A stretch of DNA of 64,000 nucleotides from Octopus bimaculoides (GCF_001194135.2 NC_068997.1:54640099-54704098); one strand, 5' to 3'; positions 13,650 to 27,971 are shown, counted from the stretch's first letter. Notes: a model not told the origin generated them from the sequence alone. Numbers and translations are program-made.

Positions 13650-14150
13650 CAAAATGAACTAAACGAACCGTGTCGAAAACAGAGCAAATGATACCTGATG
13701 ATTATTAAAATGAAGAGCAATCATCGGAAAAAAAAAAAAAATTTTTCTAGTAATATTGGAGGAAAAAAAAATTTTTTTGTTTTTGAAAGTATAAAATTTG
13801 CTGTAAATTCACTTACCATTTGGATAAACTAGAAATAAGAATAAAAATACAAATTAAAAAAACAACTTTTGGAATTTATTAGAAATTACGGTGAGTTGAT
13901 TCTTTGTATTTTTTTTCGGTGGGGATGGGGTCTTTCTTTCTCGGTAAGCTAAGCATGTCCTTTTTGTAAATTCCCATTTTCTGTTAGCTTAAAGTAACTT
14001 ACTTTGTGTGATGGCCATGTTGATGACGGTACATTATATAGTGACAACAATGAGGGGCGGCGTAGTGTCAGTCGTTCATACTACTGTGCTAACAGCAACT
14101 TTGCCTGCTATTTGGCGGGAAGACTGTGAACAAATTGACAAAACAATTGG
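13650..14150. promoter_or_regulatory. CpG-enriched promoter-like island with GC box (14055-14060), E2F-type site TTTGGCGGGAA (14111-14121) and CCAAT on the minus strand (14146-14150)
   Basis: About a dozen CpGs in 500 bp, in non-repeat sequence, against a CpG-depleted background; clustered core-promoter motifs; adjacent consensus splice donors on both strands. Confidence 0.55.
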
Positions 14151-16878
14151 TTTTCTGTCTGCTTTTTTTTTTTTGGTTTTGTATTTTCTTCTTTCAATTA
14201 ATATTTCCTATGTAAATCTGAGAATATTATTCACCCAAATCTTGAATTCTTGTCAAGTGGGTACAGACAGACAGACAGACAAACAAGTGATGGTGTGAAT
14301 TGTTTCATGAGAAATTTTCTTTTGGTTATCTAAAATTTGAAAAACCCTGAAAAGATGCAAATTTTCTGCTCTGTTGATTTTTCTCTACCCTATTTGCTTA
14401 ATAAAAGAAAACTGTACACTTACACATACACGCATATATTTGTGTGAGTGCATGTTGGTGAATGTGTGGGTGTGTATAAGTTTTCATACACACACAAACA
14501 TATATATGCACACTTATATATCTAAATGTATTTTGTTTATCAGAGATTAGTCTGTAAATTGTGACTGAAATACAAGTGGTTGGATTTAGCTTGTTCATAG
14601 AAATCAGTGAGAATACATCTTCAACTTAGTTTTATATTCGAACTAAAGAATGCGTTGGAAGAGGAATATCATGTTAAAGTATTTTCTAAAAAGAAGGCCT
14701 ATAGAAACCAAAATTGGGATGGGCTGTAGTTCAAAGAATAAAAAGCAGAAGTGCAGGAAAAATAATGCTATAAGCAATGGTTTCAAAGATAAATAAATAA
14801 AATGGATAGAAGCTTTCAATTTAAAAGAAAAGAAAAACTAAAAAAATAAAATAAAATAAAGGAATTGAGCCACAATGTTTAGAAGTGATAAATAAATATA
14901 AATAGCCAGGTAAACATGACAAAAAAAAAAAGAAAAATAACCAATATGGTGCAAATGTAGGACAAAACTAAAGGTTTTGATTGAGAGTTTTGAAATCAGT
15001 TGCCAAATGAATCTATTCAAAGTTTATTTTATGAATTGTTATATTTATTTGTTGGATATTATCTTATTTCTCATAGTATTTGTGCAAATAATATAAGAGT
15101 TGGTAAAGTCTCCAGGTACCAGCACCTTTAATTATGCAATAATGCATCACACAGGCTGTGACTAATTTAAAATAGGAAATATTTTGGTTCTTATGGTGTG
15201 TTCCAAATTTAGCCAAATGAATAGATGGCAAAGTTAAAAGTGCTATGTTCATTTATTCCAATCTTTCTAAATTAACATTAATTTCAAAATTTAATACACA
15301 AATTTTGGAATGAGCAGTCTTCAGATCTACATGTTAATGTTTTATTTTCTGTTTTAAGTCAAACCATCTTTTTTTAACGTTTAAACTCGCAGACTTAATG
15401 AGTTTTCAAATAAAAAGTAAATGTGATTTTACTTGTCTGTAAAAATAGAGTAAGAGATTACTTAATTAGGTGAGATTTAATTAAGATAATTACTAGGGTT
15501 TTATTTGTTGATGATGAAATAACATATCTGTACTGTCAGACTCTAATTTGAAGAAGAAAGGGGAATGTTTTGTGACTTAGTTTGTTTTTTTTTTATATTG
15601 AGAACCAAATATTAGTTTGGGTAAATAAGCCATGACAATTGGTATCATAATGAATCTAATGCAATTTCTATTTTATGTACAACAAATTATTTCTATACTA
15701 TTGATGTACTTACATTCTTTATTTCACCCACATTAAGGCTTTGTAATATTCAAATTTATTTCATTTCTTCTAAATAAGTTGTATAATAAAAAGAAAACAA
15801 TAAAAGTGAAGGCTAATTTTATGTTTTTTACAATAGGAAAAGAAATCTATTTGAACAAACTGATTATATCTCTTAGAAATACTGTTCAACTACATCCAAA
15901 CTAATAAGAGGAAATAACTGACACAGAATATGTGTTTCTCAAAGAAAAAAACATCTCAAATTGGTGTTCAATTATTTGGAATTTAACCTTGTGTACACTA
16001 ATTCAATTATTACAGACATGGCAGATTTTATCAATATAAATTTTCAATAGCTGATTGAAATTAAGTTTGTATCTTCAGTTGTTATCCAAATATTTATGAC
16101 ACACCATTAAAAAGTAATTTGAAATCTGAAGTTCATTAGCATTAATAAGCTATAACTCTTTACACTAAAATTCCCAAACTGCCGAGTTATTTCTATAATT
16201 CAATAGTAAAGTAAAAGCATGTAAATGTCGTAAAAGAATTTTTCTCCCAGTAAGAAGTAACGAAAGTTATTTCACTTTCTAAATGCTAATATATATTTTC
16301 TGTGTATTTGCATGTCAAAAGAAAGATAATTATGTACACGTGAAGATGGTTGAGATTAGAAGTGTACACAGCTAATCAATCATTCATAGTTTTATATATG
16401 GTCACACACACACACACACACACATGCACATACATACATACACACACACACACAACTATTTCATAGTGATAATGCTTACAAACGGTTGTCCTTTGATTCT
16501 GCGATTCATGCAAAGTAGAGCTTTAGACTCTTCACAGGGACACATTGATGAAAGTCAAATGCTATCTAAGATGTCTGCTATGGACATCTGTTGCATCCAG
16601 TTTTGGTAGTATTTGACTTGAATTCATGATATGTCCATCTGAAGAGAGTAATCTTCAGATTTGCATGAAACTTGGAATCAAGGCTATTGTTTGATAGTAT
16701 GGTTACCTTGAAACTACATCATGCACTCTCACTATTTTCATATATTTGGACACCCTTTGTTCTTTGAATAAGAACCACATTTGATCACGTTTATGTTATG
16801 TACACACACAATCTTTACATATTCACAAATTCATATATGAATACATACATACATACATATGTGTTTGTGTGTGTGTGT

Positions 16879-17411
16879 ATCATCATCATCGTTTAACGTC
16901 CGCTTTCCATGCTAGCATGGGTTGGACGATTTGACTGAGGACTGGTGAAACCGGATGGCAACACCAGGCTCCAGTCTGATTTGGCAGAGTTTCTACAGCT
17001 GGATGCCCTTCCTAACGCCAACCACTCAGAGAGTGTAGTGGGTGCTTTTACGTGTCACCCGCACNNNNNNNNNNNNNNNNNNGTGCCACCCGCACAAGCC
17101 AGTCCAGGGGCACTGGCAACGATCTCGCTCGAAAATCCTACAGGAGCCAGTCAGGCGGTACTGGCAACGGCCACGCTCAAAATGGTGCATCTCATGTGCC
17201 ACCCGCACAAGAACCAGTCCAGGGGCACTGGCAACGATCTTACTTGGCTTGCCGGGTCTTCTCACGCACAGCCCATTTCCAAAGGTCTCGGTCCGTAGTC
17301 ATCGCCTCGGTGAGGCCCAATGTACGAAGGTCTTGCCTCACCACCTCAGCCCAGGTCTTCCTGGGCCTACCTCTTCCACGGGTTCCCTCAACTGTTAGGG
17401 TGTGGCACTTT
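16879..17411 (-). mobile_element. Young 5'-truncated RTE LINE with tandemly repeated 3' UTR and (GAT)n tail; 18-N gap at 17065-17082
   Basis: Intact C-terminus KCHTLTVEGTRGRGRPRKTWAEVVRQDLRTLGLTEAMTTDRDLWKWAVREKTRQAK* (stop 17242-17240); CpGs retained; repeated 'gtgccacccgcacaag...ggcactggcaacg' units. Confidence 0.85.
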
Positions 17412-18229
17412 TACACACGCACACACACATTACAGAACAGAATAGTTAAAATATATTACTCGAATTAATGTTGGTATAGGTAGTTAGCTGTACAACTATA
17501 TGTCTAGAGCCATAGATTCTACAGGTCAATATCAACAAAAGCTGCCTTTATTTCACAACCAGTTTGAAGTAGATACTAGAAATGCCCTGATAACTTTATA
17601 ATATTGTGATAATATAAATCAGCTCTGTATTACACATATTGAACACTCTCTTTTGGGATTAAAAGTGTTTGATCCTTGTGCCTGTGTGTGCATGTGTATA
17701 TATTCACATGTATGCACTACCCACATCTATAATACAGTTGTTCACAATTTTTCAAGGATGTGAATCAAATGATATCTTAGTGGTGGCTGACGAAAAGCAG
17801 ATCAATTTCTATAAAATTGATGTTACCTCTTAACATGAAGTCAAAATCTGTAGGATATGGGTTGATCCATGTTTAGTATTTCTTTCATTTATTTCAGTTA
17901 GATTTGAAATTAAAATGTCAAGAGACACAGCTATCACAAGTCCTTTTGTCCTGCATGGTTTTGCCAGTCCATTACCTCCTATTGCCCTAAAGTTGTTAGA
18001 AGATTCAATGTTACAGTAATAGTGCATAAAAAGTCTTTTACAAGTGTGCCAATAAGAGTAGCCTACAATGTGCCACTTGAGTTCAAAGTTCACTACCCTC
18101 CTATTACACCCAATCAGCTACATTCCAGTGCATTTGCCACACCTTTCTCTTCATCAAAAATCCCCCAACAACCATCACCCCAAATCTTAATTCTACAACA
18201 TTATTTACTGCATCACTTACAATCTTCAT

Positions 18230-19080
18230 GGTCATCTACATGTTGGTGAAACAGGCCTTTGGGTAGATGATCTCTTTGACAAGTACCTCCTTGTATTCTT
18301 CAATGCACTCTTGATCAACCCTTGGCCTTCCTATCCAATGTACTTCTCCCCCCCCCATTAAGAGCCGCTTGGTTTCTATCTCTGACCACCTCTGATATAA
18401 AGGGGAAGGTCTCTGTAGAGGTCTTTATTGGTAACCTGTTGCCATTCAATATTCAGTGCATGTTAGAGTAAGCAGGTGTAACATCTTTCTAGTTGTTTCT
18501 GCAACGCTTTTGTCAGGGTCCAAGTTTTGGACCCAAAATGTAGCACACTTTCAACAATTTTTTTGAAGAACATGACTTTTTGTCTTCTTGAGAGGGATGA
18601 CTGCCAAATCCAATCTAGTTTGCTGATGGCAGTCCAGGCTTGGGCCTTTCTTGTTTTGAGTTCTCTCTCTGATGAGGATAACTATGCACTGAGATATTTG
18701 CGGTCTTTCACTTGTCTTATGTTGTCTCCAGTGATTTGGGAGTTTTAGAAGTATTGAACATCACCACACCAGTCTTGTTGACATTCATGTGAAGCTCTGC
18801 CTCTTGGGCTGCTCCTTCAAGCTGTGCCAGGAATGCCTAGGCATCAGACATGAAGTCAGACAGAAGGCATAAATAATTTGCATAGTCTGTCAGAGATACA
18901 ATTTTCTGGCAGTTGTTTTTTGCTGAGTGAAACTGATATATTGATGATTTTCTAGTCCATCACAATGACGAAGATGTATGGAGCTAGCATCTCTCCCTGT
19001 AATACTCCTGCCTTGATTTCGAAGAAATCAGATTCCTCATTAGTAGAGATGGTATGAGCCAAGAGATTCCATCACCTTTT
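18230..19080 (-). mobile_element. Decayed RTE-X-like LINE (RT C-terminal half)
   Basis: Fragments DFFEIKAGVLQGEMLAPYIFVIVMD, LEGAAQEAELHMNVNKT, IVESVLHFGSKTWTLTK...CYTCLL, GRPR. Confidence 0.8.
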
Positions 19081-20739
19081 ACTGGGCAATGTTACTGGGC
19101 CATGAACAAATTCCTCAGGGATGTTGTTACTCTGGGAACCACCATATGGCCACATGAACAGAGGTTGACCAGCTACAACATATGTTGACAGACAAGAAAC
19201 TGACAGTGGCGTTTCAGTTCCCAAGTTGAAGTCGTCAATAAACAACGGGAACTATTGGAGGAATGTCTGTGCAGATCAAGGAAACTTGATCCAGAGACAG
19301 ATTTCTATCGTATCCACTCATCACAGAGCATTGCATTCTAGGAAATACATGAAAAAAAAAAGATCAATGAAAAATAAAACAATGCATCATATTCACACTT
19401 AAAGCATCTTTCTGCATGTGTGCATGCGTTTGTGTGTGCATGTGTAAATTTTTACATTTCGATAGGTGTGTATGTGTGTGTTTGTTTCAAACATGCATCC
19501 ATGTCAGTGACACACATTTTGAGAGAGAGAGAGAGAGAGAGATCATGCTCACCAGTATGTGTATGTGAAGGCATGTGAGCTGGTAGCATCAACTTCCATT
19601 ATCTGTGTATATTTGTAATCACATGTATGTGAATCTGTACTTCTATAATCATACTGATTTTCATGTTTCTAGCCAGTGTCATGAGTTTGATCATTCATCT
19701 GTCTGTACACAAATGTGGATAAGCAAGCTACTTGCCATGTCATTGATTTGGCCAGCAAAAAAGACATTTCTTTACTTTAAACAGACAATATTTCTTGCTT
19801 TCTTCCTCTCATTTCCATTCCATCTTCAACTGTCCTATTAGAAAAGAATTGCTACGACACAGATTTCTGTTGCTTATTTATAATAATTCCATTGGTAGAA
19901 GATTTGGTATGCAACACTACATTTAAATATATACTAATTTTTATGTACTTGGCATATTTAACTGTGCTATGTACCATATCTTACCATTTCTGAAATTCAT
20001 TGCCATTTCTGAAATCCATTTTGCAGGCAGCTTGGCACAAACTACATAGCAAAGAAAGAAGAAAAGGATCTGTTGAGATTTTTCTTTCAACATTTGTATG
20101 AGGTTTACTGCACTGTATTACTTCTATGTAACAATGCAGTGGTATCTGATGTTTTGCACTTTTATCTGGTTACAGGAGCCAAACCACATGCTGTACGAAT
20201 AGTTGAAAGCTTTTGAGAGGATTCTCACCTCAAACAGCCCTCCATAACTGTTCTGATCCAGCATTGAATTTCGGTAATTTGAACTACACCAAGCTTCCCA
20301 GTGCCAGGCTCTTATGCATTAACCATGAGGAAGTTGACAAAGTTCAAGCACAGAACACATAGTGATACCAGTGTGCTCCACCCCCCATATCTTATATTGC
20401 TTCAGTATTTTATATCAGGACCCTGTTCAAACACACTTTTTGTGCATTATTTCCCTTCAGTCCCTCAAGAGTAATTTCCCTTGTCTGCCATCTCAAAATA
20501 GGAGTTGTATGCTTTGTTGACACGGCTTGATTTTGTTTTCAATTGTATTCCAATATAGCAGCCTGATAAACTAAGTGATTTTTCATACAAGAAAAGTGCA
20601 AAGATTGATTGCTTTCAATTGACCAAAATAAAGAAATGCTCTACTTTAGGATTTTTAGTACTTTGTTCTTTCATTTTTTATTGAATTTAAAGTTTTCCAT
20701 TCAGTTAAGTACCATAAGCACACAGGAATCAATACATAG

Positions 20740-21210
20740 AACACTAGATAGACATGCAATTGAGCATTCACCAACAAAAAGCTCTACAGCACACAAGTTA
20801 TGGAGAAAACACTAAGAAGGATAAAGTGGAAGGTCTTTTTCTTCAATAAGGATTAACGTAGCTACAGACAGGGAGTTTGGTTTTGAGACAAACAAAATCC
20901 TCTGTACCTTAAGGGCATGGAAATTTTGAGGTGGAGACTTGCCTATTAAAAATGTGAAATTTCAGTCTTACAAATAGATTCCAAAAGGATTAGAAATAAT
21001 ATCTAAAGCCATTTAAAGATTCTAGGAATTTATTCAAGTCATGTATATGCTTACTAGGAAACTGAATAGTTGATAATTATTAGATCAAATTACCATTCCC
21101 TATAAAATACAAAACTGGAACACGTTGTAAGTGACTAGGCAAAGGGGTTAGCAATCCATTGCAAACGATGTTTATATTAAACACCTCAAACAATCCAATG
21201 CTTTTACAAC
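20740..21210 (+). mobile_element. Decayed Penelope-like (GIY-YIG retroelement) fragment
   Basis: MEKTLRRIKWKVFFF and EFGFETNK resemble the 'KRMRWKAFFF...YGFK' pre-RT motif of marine invertebrate PLEs; many stops. Confidence 0.5.
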
Positions 21211-22690
21211 TGAAGTAAAAGTGGGTTGTAGAGAGTCGATGGACTAACAACTGTACAAGTAAAACAGACAAATCACACACATAAACTTTGGAAAATTACA
21301 ATGAATATGATATCGAGAATAAAAGAATTATCTAGATTTAACTTTGAACAGTAATATGAGCTAAGACTATCCATATCATAAACCATATGAAGACACAAAC
21401 TCTATAAAATGCTAATCATTCACTGGGGATAGTTATATTATTAGCAGCATCAAGAAGGATAACTCCAATCAATCTTCAGACAAGAACACTTTAGATATGG
21501 CTATTTTTAAGATGTGGCTTCTGTGATGGGATAGATTACATGCAGTCCCTCACATTTTAATATAATAATTGTTTGAACAGTAGAATATCATGATACAAGC
21601 CAACATATAGTATGATTGAGCTTGTTAGTTAGTTGCTCCCTGACCTTACCATGTCCTCTGGATATCCCAAAATCATGAAGAAGAATTCTGTGAAAATGCA
21701 TTCACCCCCACTCTTTCATGTGTCAGTATAATCCTCTTTCCTCTATCATAATTATCATCATCTCTTTAGCCACTATCACCATCACCATCACCATCCTTCT
21801 CATGTCGTTTTGGTTCCCTCACCATCACAGCACCTTCAGTATTTTCTGTCACCATTAAACATAATGATACCAACTCTATGTTCATGCTATTTCACACCTC
21901 AACATCACTATCATCAACTGTCACCACCACCACAACCTTCAACACTATCATTAGACATGCCTTAATTAAGACCATATTGTCTTTCAGTATGTCTTAGACT
22001 ATGCTATCTAATGTGTTCTTTCCCTTTTTTTTAAAGATAGTAGTCAGTAACTTGAAGCAGATTTGGGTACTATTTCTATCAGCTTGAACTCATACAAACT
22101 TGATTGTTTCCACATTAAAGTTTGGGTTTCATTTTATAGCTGGTACTTTGTTCAGTTGATATCAATGCTTCATGTTCAAACTGCTTTTGTCATAATTATA
22201 AACATTTTTTATTCAAAAATATTGTTTGAATAAATTTTATTTTTATCAAATAAAAATGTTTGAAAGAGATTTATTACTGAATAAGGTACTTAGGATAGTT
22301 GTCTTTTTAAAATATTGATTATATGGTATTAAATTTTAAACACACTAAAGTGATTATTTCTATCTATCAGATTTTCATGTCTGTTGCTTCCTAAGATAAG
22401 TGTATCTTTGTTGAGTATGGTAATATTTAAGGAAGAATGGAAACTGGCAGAGAATTAAGGAAGTGAGAAAACTGAGTGTCAAATATACACATTTTCGTCA
22501 TTGTGATGAAAAATATGAAGGGATTTATTCTCATTGTAAACTTATCGTTCTGACATCAATTTTAGACATACTAAGAATTGAAAGGAGGCTCTGCATTTAA
22601 AGGATAAAAGCCAATCGAATGAGAATTAAATAGTGAGGACATCTGATAAAGTATGTTTAACATTTTGAAATAATCTAATAAATTTCATAC

Positions 22691-22723
<33 letters not shown>

Positions 22724-25700
22724 AATATATGTCTCCTTTTCACTGATCTTTCATCTTTCGTACTCCTTTTATGCTTTTGTTCTCTGATGAAGGACTTGCA
22801 AAATATTAAGACACTCTTTGTCTAAAGCATTAAGCTATTACTGTATTTGTGAACTTGTGAAACCTTCTCCTTTTTACGTTGCCTCTTTCTACTCCTCATG
22901 ATATATCGTTTCACTCATTTGACTATGACCATGCTGGGACATCACCTTGAAGCATTTTTAGTTGAATGAATTGACCCCCAGTACATATATTTTTAAGCCC
23001 AGTACTTATTCTTTCGGTCTCTTTTGCCAAACAGCTAAGTTACAGGGATGTAAGCACACCAACACCAGTTGTCAAGCAGTGGTGGGGGACAAACAAGAAG
23101 ACACATTGATGGACTTCGTTCAGTTTCCCTCTACCAACTCCACCCAGAAGTCTTTAGTCAACCTGAGGCTATAGTAGAAGACACTTGACCATGGTGCCAC
23201 ACCCAATATTATCTTCCTTATTCTTGCTATTCAAAACTATTGCTACTGAAGTATTACTTTTACTTAAGGGAGTAATTTATTCATAATGCAGCATGTTTAT
23301 AGCTGGTATTGTGTTCAGTTATCCTCATCAGTCAACACTCACTTTCCATTCTGGTGTCGGCTACAATATTTTACGTTCCATACATATTTAATTTGTATTA
23401 AATTTTATATTGAATGTAGCAGAACTGATCCCTAATCTTGGCACAAGGTTACAACTTCTGGAACAGGGTACAGATGATTAACCCTAGAAGCTTATTTTAA
23501 TGCCCCTCCCTCCAACTTCCTATCTGGATGCAAAGTAAATTGACTTTGATGGAATTTGGATTCAGAATGTAAAGTGTTATCTCTAAATACCACAAGGCAT
23601 TTTGTGTGATGTTTTATTATTCCTGCTTACATTATGTATACATGTTTCTTATTAGTCAGTAAAGATTGGCTGGGAAACCATTTGTGAAACCCCATGAGTA
23701 TTATATCTACAGAGGTCAATTACTTGAGAAGGCTTTCTAATGTATTTTAAATTTGAATTTAAGAGAATTTCACTCTGCTGCCATTTTGTTTTCTTTTTGT
23801 TTATTGTTGACAACTTAGAATTTTCATGGATTGCATCTTGAAATTTTAAATATAAATTTCCCGGATGTACTTATTGCTTTCACAAATAAGTTCATTCTAA
23901 ATATTGTTTTTATTTTTATACAAAAATTAGATTATATGCAAGATTTCATATATTATTAGGTTTTATATCTATGCATTCTATCTTACACGATTTCATTCTA
24001 AGAAAATAAAGAAACAGAACCCAACAGCCAAGCAAAAGCAACAAAATTTTTTTTTTTAAATTAAAGAAAAAAGAGAAAGGCCCAAACAAAGCTTCCTAAA
24101 AGCAGAAAAACCTATGGAATACATAAAATATCATAAAGCTTCCAATATAAGATTGTTCTTTTTTTTTTTTTTTCAAATGCATGCTTTCAAATAAATATTT
24201 TTTTTTTTGTCTAATAAAAGTTCCTGTTATTATCTGATTGGTAAGTTTCATGTAAATAAAGTTATTTAACAAGTGTTTTTCAAATTAGTAAGATATAATA
24301 TTGTAATCAAAATATAATCCCCCACCTTCTTTAACTTTAAAAAGGGAGATTAAATTTTTAATTAGGAAACAGGAATTGCAAATAGTTTGAAAATATTTTA
24401 AATGGCTATACATGTAAAGTTAATATCAATAATGAGGCAAATATGTGAACTGTCAAATGTTAGGTTAATAACTGAGGAAAATGCAATTGAAAATTCAAGA
24501 AAGTAAATTCTTATTTAGCCATCCCATCCATACCCACCACTGCTATTTTTATTTTCACCCTAACTACATTTGTTTTTCTTAAGAAGTGTTGAACAATTCT
24601 ACCAATAAAATCATAGAATTTATTGTTATGTGACATTGCAGAACACCAGCTCTCATACATTTAGACCAAATTTGAGTTATGAAATAATTGTGAATAAAAA
24701 AACATTTCATAAATAATGTAATAACTTTATTTATTCTAATGAAAATATAATAAAATCTTTTATCCACTTATATCTGAACTGATTCCTTGAAAGTTAAATG
24801 CTAATAGATCGGAGAGTCAATGATACATTTATTGGACACTTTGGAATATATAAATAATTTTGAATTTTAAGCAGCATTATTTACAAGTGTATACTTTTTT
24901 TTTACTATGTACATTTAAAAGGAGAAAAATATGAAGCAAAATTAAAACATGAAAATTAGGCGTTTTTCAATTTGTTAAAAGCTTCAAATTATTGAGATAT
25001 GTAACATGAAATAGTGAATATAATCAAGCAGCAGTCATAGCTATAAGGGTGTCTTTTTTATCTTTTAAAATTATAAATTTTTCATTTCTAAATCACCTAA
25101 TTTTCTTTATTCTGAAAATGCTAATTATTGAAGAAAATCTAAATGGTTATGTCTAAACTATGCTTCAAGTCAACTGGATATGTTCAACACTTAATTGTAA
25201 AATATTGCATTTTAACAATATATGTATCAAACTGGCTTTTATCATTTTATTCCAATTATGAGAATTAGTCTTCTTTACATTTCTTTGAGGTATTAATTGC
25301 AGGAAGAGTCATGGATGAAAAGAAATGGTTCTTTTGGGGAATGTAATATATATTTTGTAGTTCATTTGTAAAAGGATAGACAGAAAATAGAACTGTCAAT
25401 CAGGCGTTTGTGGGTAAGATATATAACTTCGATAGGAAGAAAGAACTTCTATTGGGGTTAAGAGATTCACAGATGGAGAGTGAGATAAGAACTGGAATTA
25501 ATACATTGTAGTCTTTAGAAACTGATATATTACCCTGCTTTTGTTTCAATTAATTTTGAAAATAATGAAGTTTATCAAGATAACTTTGTCATTATTGAGC
25601 TAGTTTTTTAATGTAAATTAATATGAAATTTTAGTGGAAGTGTTTAACTTGGATCACTTTACAAAAGAATTTCTATTATAGAATGAGGGGCAGTCTCAGG

Positions 25701-27304
25701 CAGGTTGATATGAAAAGGGTTTAAATATTTGTTCAAATTAAATCACTTGATCCAGATCCATTAGCAAGTTGTTATCTAAGGTAATTTTTGTCACACTGTT
25801 ATAGACATCTGTTATACATTTAGAGATAATATTGTGGAGTAGTCATGAGGATTATTGGTGCCTCAGGCCAATAGAATATATTATGAAGTCACAGATACTT
25901 TATGTACGATGCCTAGTTGGGGAATTTTATCAGATTATTGAATTAGAGATGCTGTATTTTTATGTAAATGGAATTTTTCATAATGAAAAATTTGTTTTGA
26001 TTTGTAAATCTAATGAATAGTTTTAATAGTTTGTAGAGAAGGAACGACTATGCGAGCTGTCCAAGACTGTATGGAGTAATAAAACTAGGGCCATATTTGT
26101 TCATGAAAGCTGTTCAGAACTATATCATGTATAAAAATTAGGATCAGAGCTGATTAGCTCAGTGGGGTATTTAATGCTTTATTATTTAATCACTAAAAAA
26201 GTCTATTCTCAGCTGTCTTCTCTTTACTGCAAGTTTTGAGACAACTGCACAGCAAGAGAAGCTGTTGTTATGAAGGAAGCTTACAGTTGAGTATCTTTAA
26301 AGGAGCTAAAGAAATCAAAGGTTGTTCAGAAGAATTAGGATCATATCTAAAGCTAAATCAGATTTCAAAAGTTCAGCAACATTTGGAAATTGGTTTTGAT
26401 TGATATTGGCAGGAACTTGATATTGCATTGTCAGTGTGAAGGGAAAAAATCCATGTATCATAAAACTTTGGTGAGAGATCAAGGAACATGAACAGATTCA
26501 CTGGAATTGCTAGTAAAAGGATTAGATATAAACTGCAGACAAGGGATTATGGTCTGTTAGTGATGACGTATTTAGAGAAAGTAGACCTACTGGCAGTATA
26601 GCTGTTAGAGTTTTAAATAATGAAAATGGTTTCAAGAACTGCTGTCTTCATTAGCAGCTGGTTTGATGTCAGTGAATTCAGGGGATCTACATTCAGAGGA
26701 CTAAATAGGAAAAACAAAACTGATTGTAGTTTGACAATATAAATATAATAGGAAGGTTGGGGGAAGAAAATTTAGACAGTGATTAAAAATAATCTTAGAC
26801 ATTTGCTAATAAAAATTGGTGAAAAAGTTCTTCAAAGTAATTGGTATTGCTGCATTGGAAAGTAAATAGAGATTTTATTATAAGAGTAGAAACATAGACT
26901 TTGGAATTGAAACAATTAGATTTGTGGAACAAGATGGAAATTTATGGAAAAATAGTGTACTGACATCTCATCCAATCTGTCCTATAGTGAAACATATTAC
27001 AACCATGGTGATGATGATGATGATAAAACTAATTAAGAATTTATGTAAATTTCTAAAAAAATATTAAATGAGGCGAAATTCAGGTTTCTTACATTTAAAA
27101 TTTTAACAATAATAGCCTTAACTGTAAATACAATGCAACTTCAACAATTTACTTTATTTGAGAGAATAAGATATTTGTTCCTATTTATAGATAAACTTAT
27201 GATTAATATCAAGATTTTCGATGCTCGAAAAATAATGATAAAAAATTGTAGTTTAGGCTTACACTTTCAGAAGTGTGTGTGTGTGTGTGCGTGTGTGTGT
27301 GTGT

Positions 27305-27339
<35 letters not shown>

Positions 27340-27971
27340 GTCCTGTCCCATGAACGGGAATGTGAAACTCTGAGTAACAGTTTTTAACTATATATATATA
27401 TATATTTGAGGCAGGAAGGATGTAAAATAGTTTTAAGTTAATATTGATAACACAGTTTGACTTTTGTGTTGTTTGTGTACATAAATTTTTCCTTTAGATA
27501 ACATTTTTTTTTATCAGGTATCAGAATAGGGGAATACTTGTGGCAAAATCAATTCTTATTAATTGATGTTGAATAAACTAAATGACAGTTAGTTTGCTGC
27601 TGCTAGATTATCATCCACTATTTTCTATCATGATGCACGCTTTGCACAGATATTAACTACTACTTGAAATCATAGGTAATAATAGGTGTTGCAAATAATC
27701 ATTTAAGGTATTAATGGAATTCTGTTGCTGAAATCAATATACATATCATTTAGAATAAACCATTGTGACTGAAATCACTACTGGCTGGAACTGTTAATCA
27801 ATTGCTTTATTCTTAGTATAAGCATAAAGCTACTGGTTTGGGGAGAGGGTATGTTTAATCTAATTGAATATAGTATTTGATTGGTGATTGATTTACCAAT
27901 CCCAGTGAGTGCAAAGTAAAATTAGCTCCTCTGAGATTTGAAACCAGAACGTAAAGGAACAAAACTATATT

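Noticed and set aside
14003-14018. MAITQ matches the first five residues of human EBAG9 as I recall it
   Set aside because: No downstream EBAG9 motifs (PDYFKDM, AWEE, basic coiled-coil end) were found on the minus strand in 1-13600; treated as coincidence.
14008-14298. 96-aa plus-strand ORF over the promoter island
   Set aside because: Runs through poly-T and (GACA)n; no recognisable protein; better explained as promoter sequence.
16945-17468. Overlapping ORFs of 79-138 aa
   Set aside because: GC-rich antisense and UTR frames of the RTE element, spanning an N gap.
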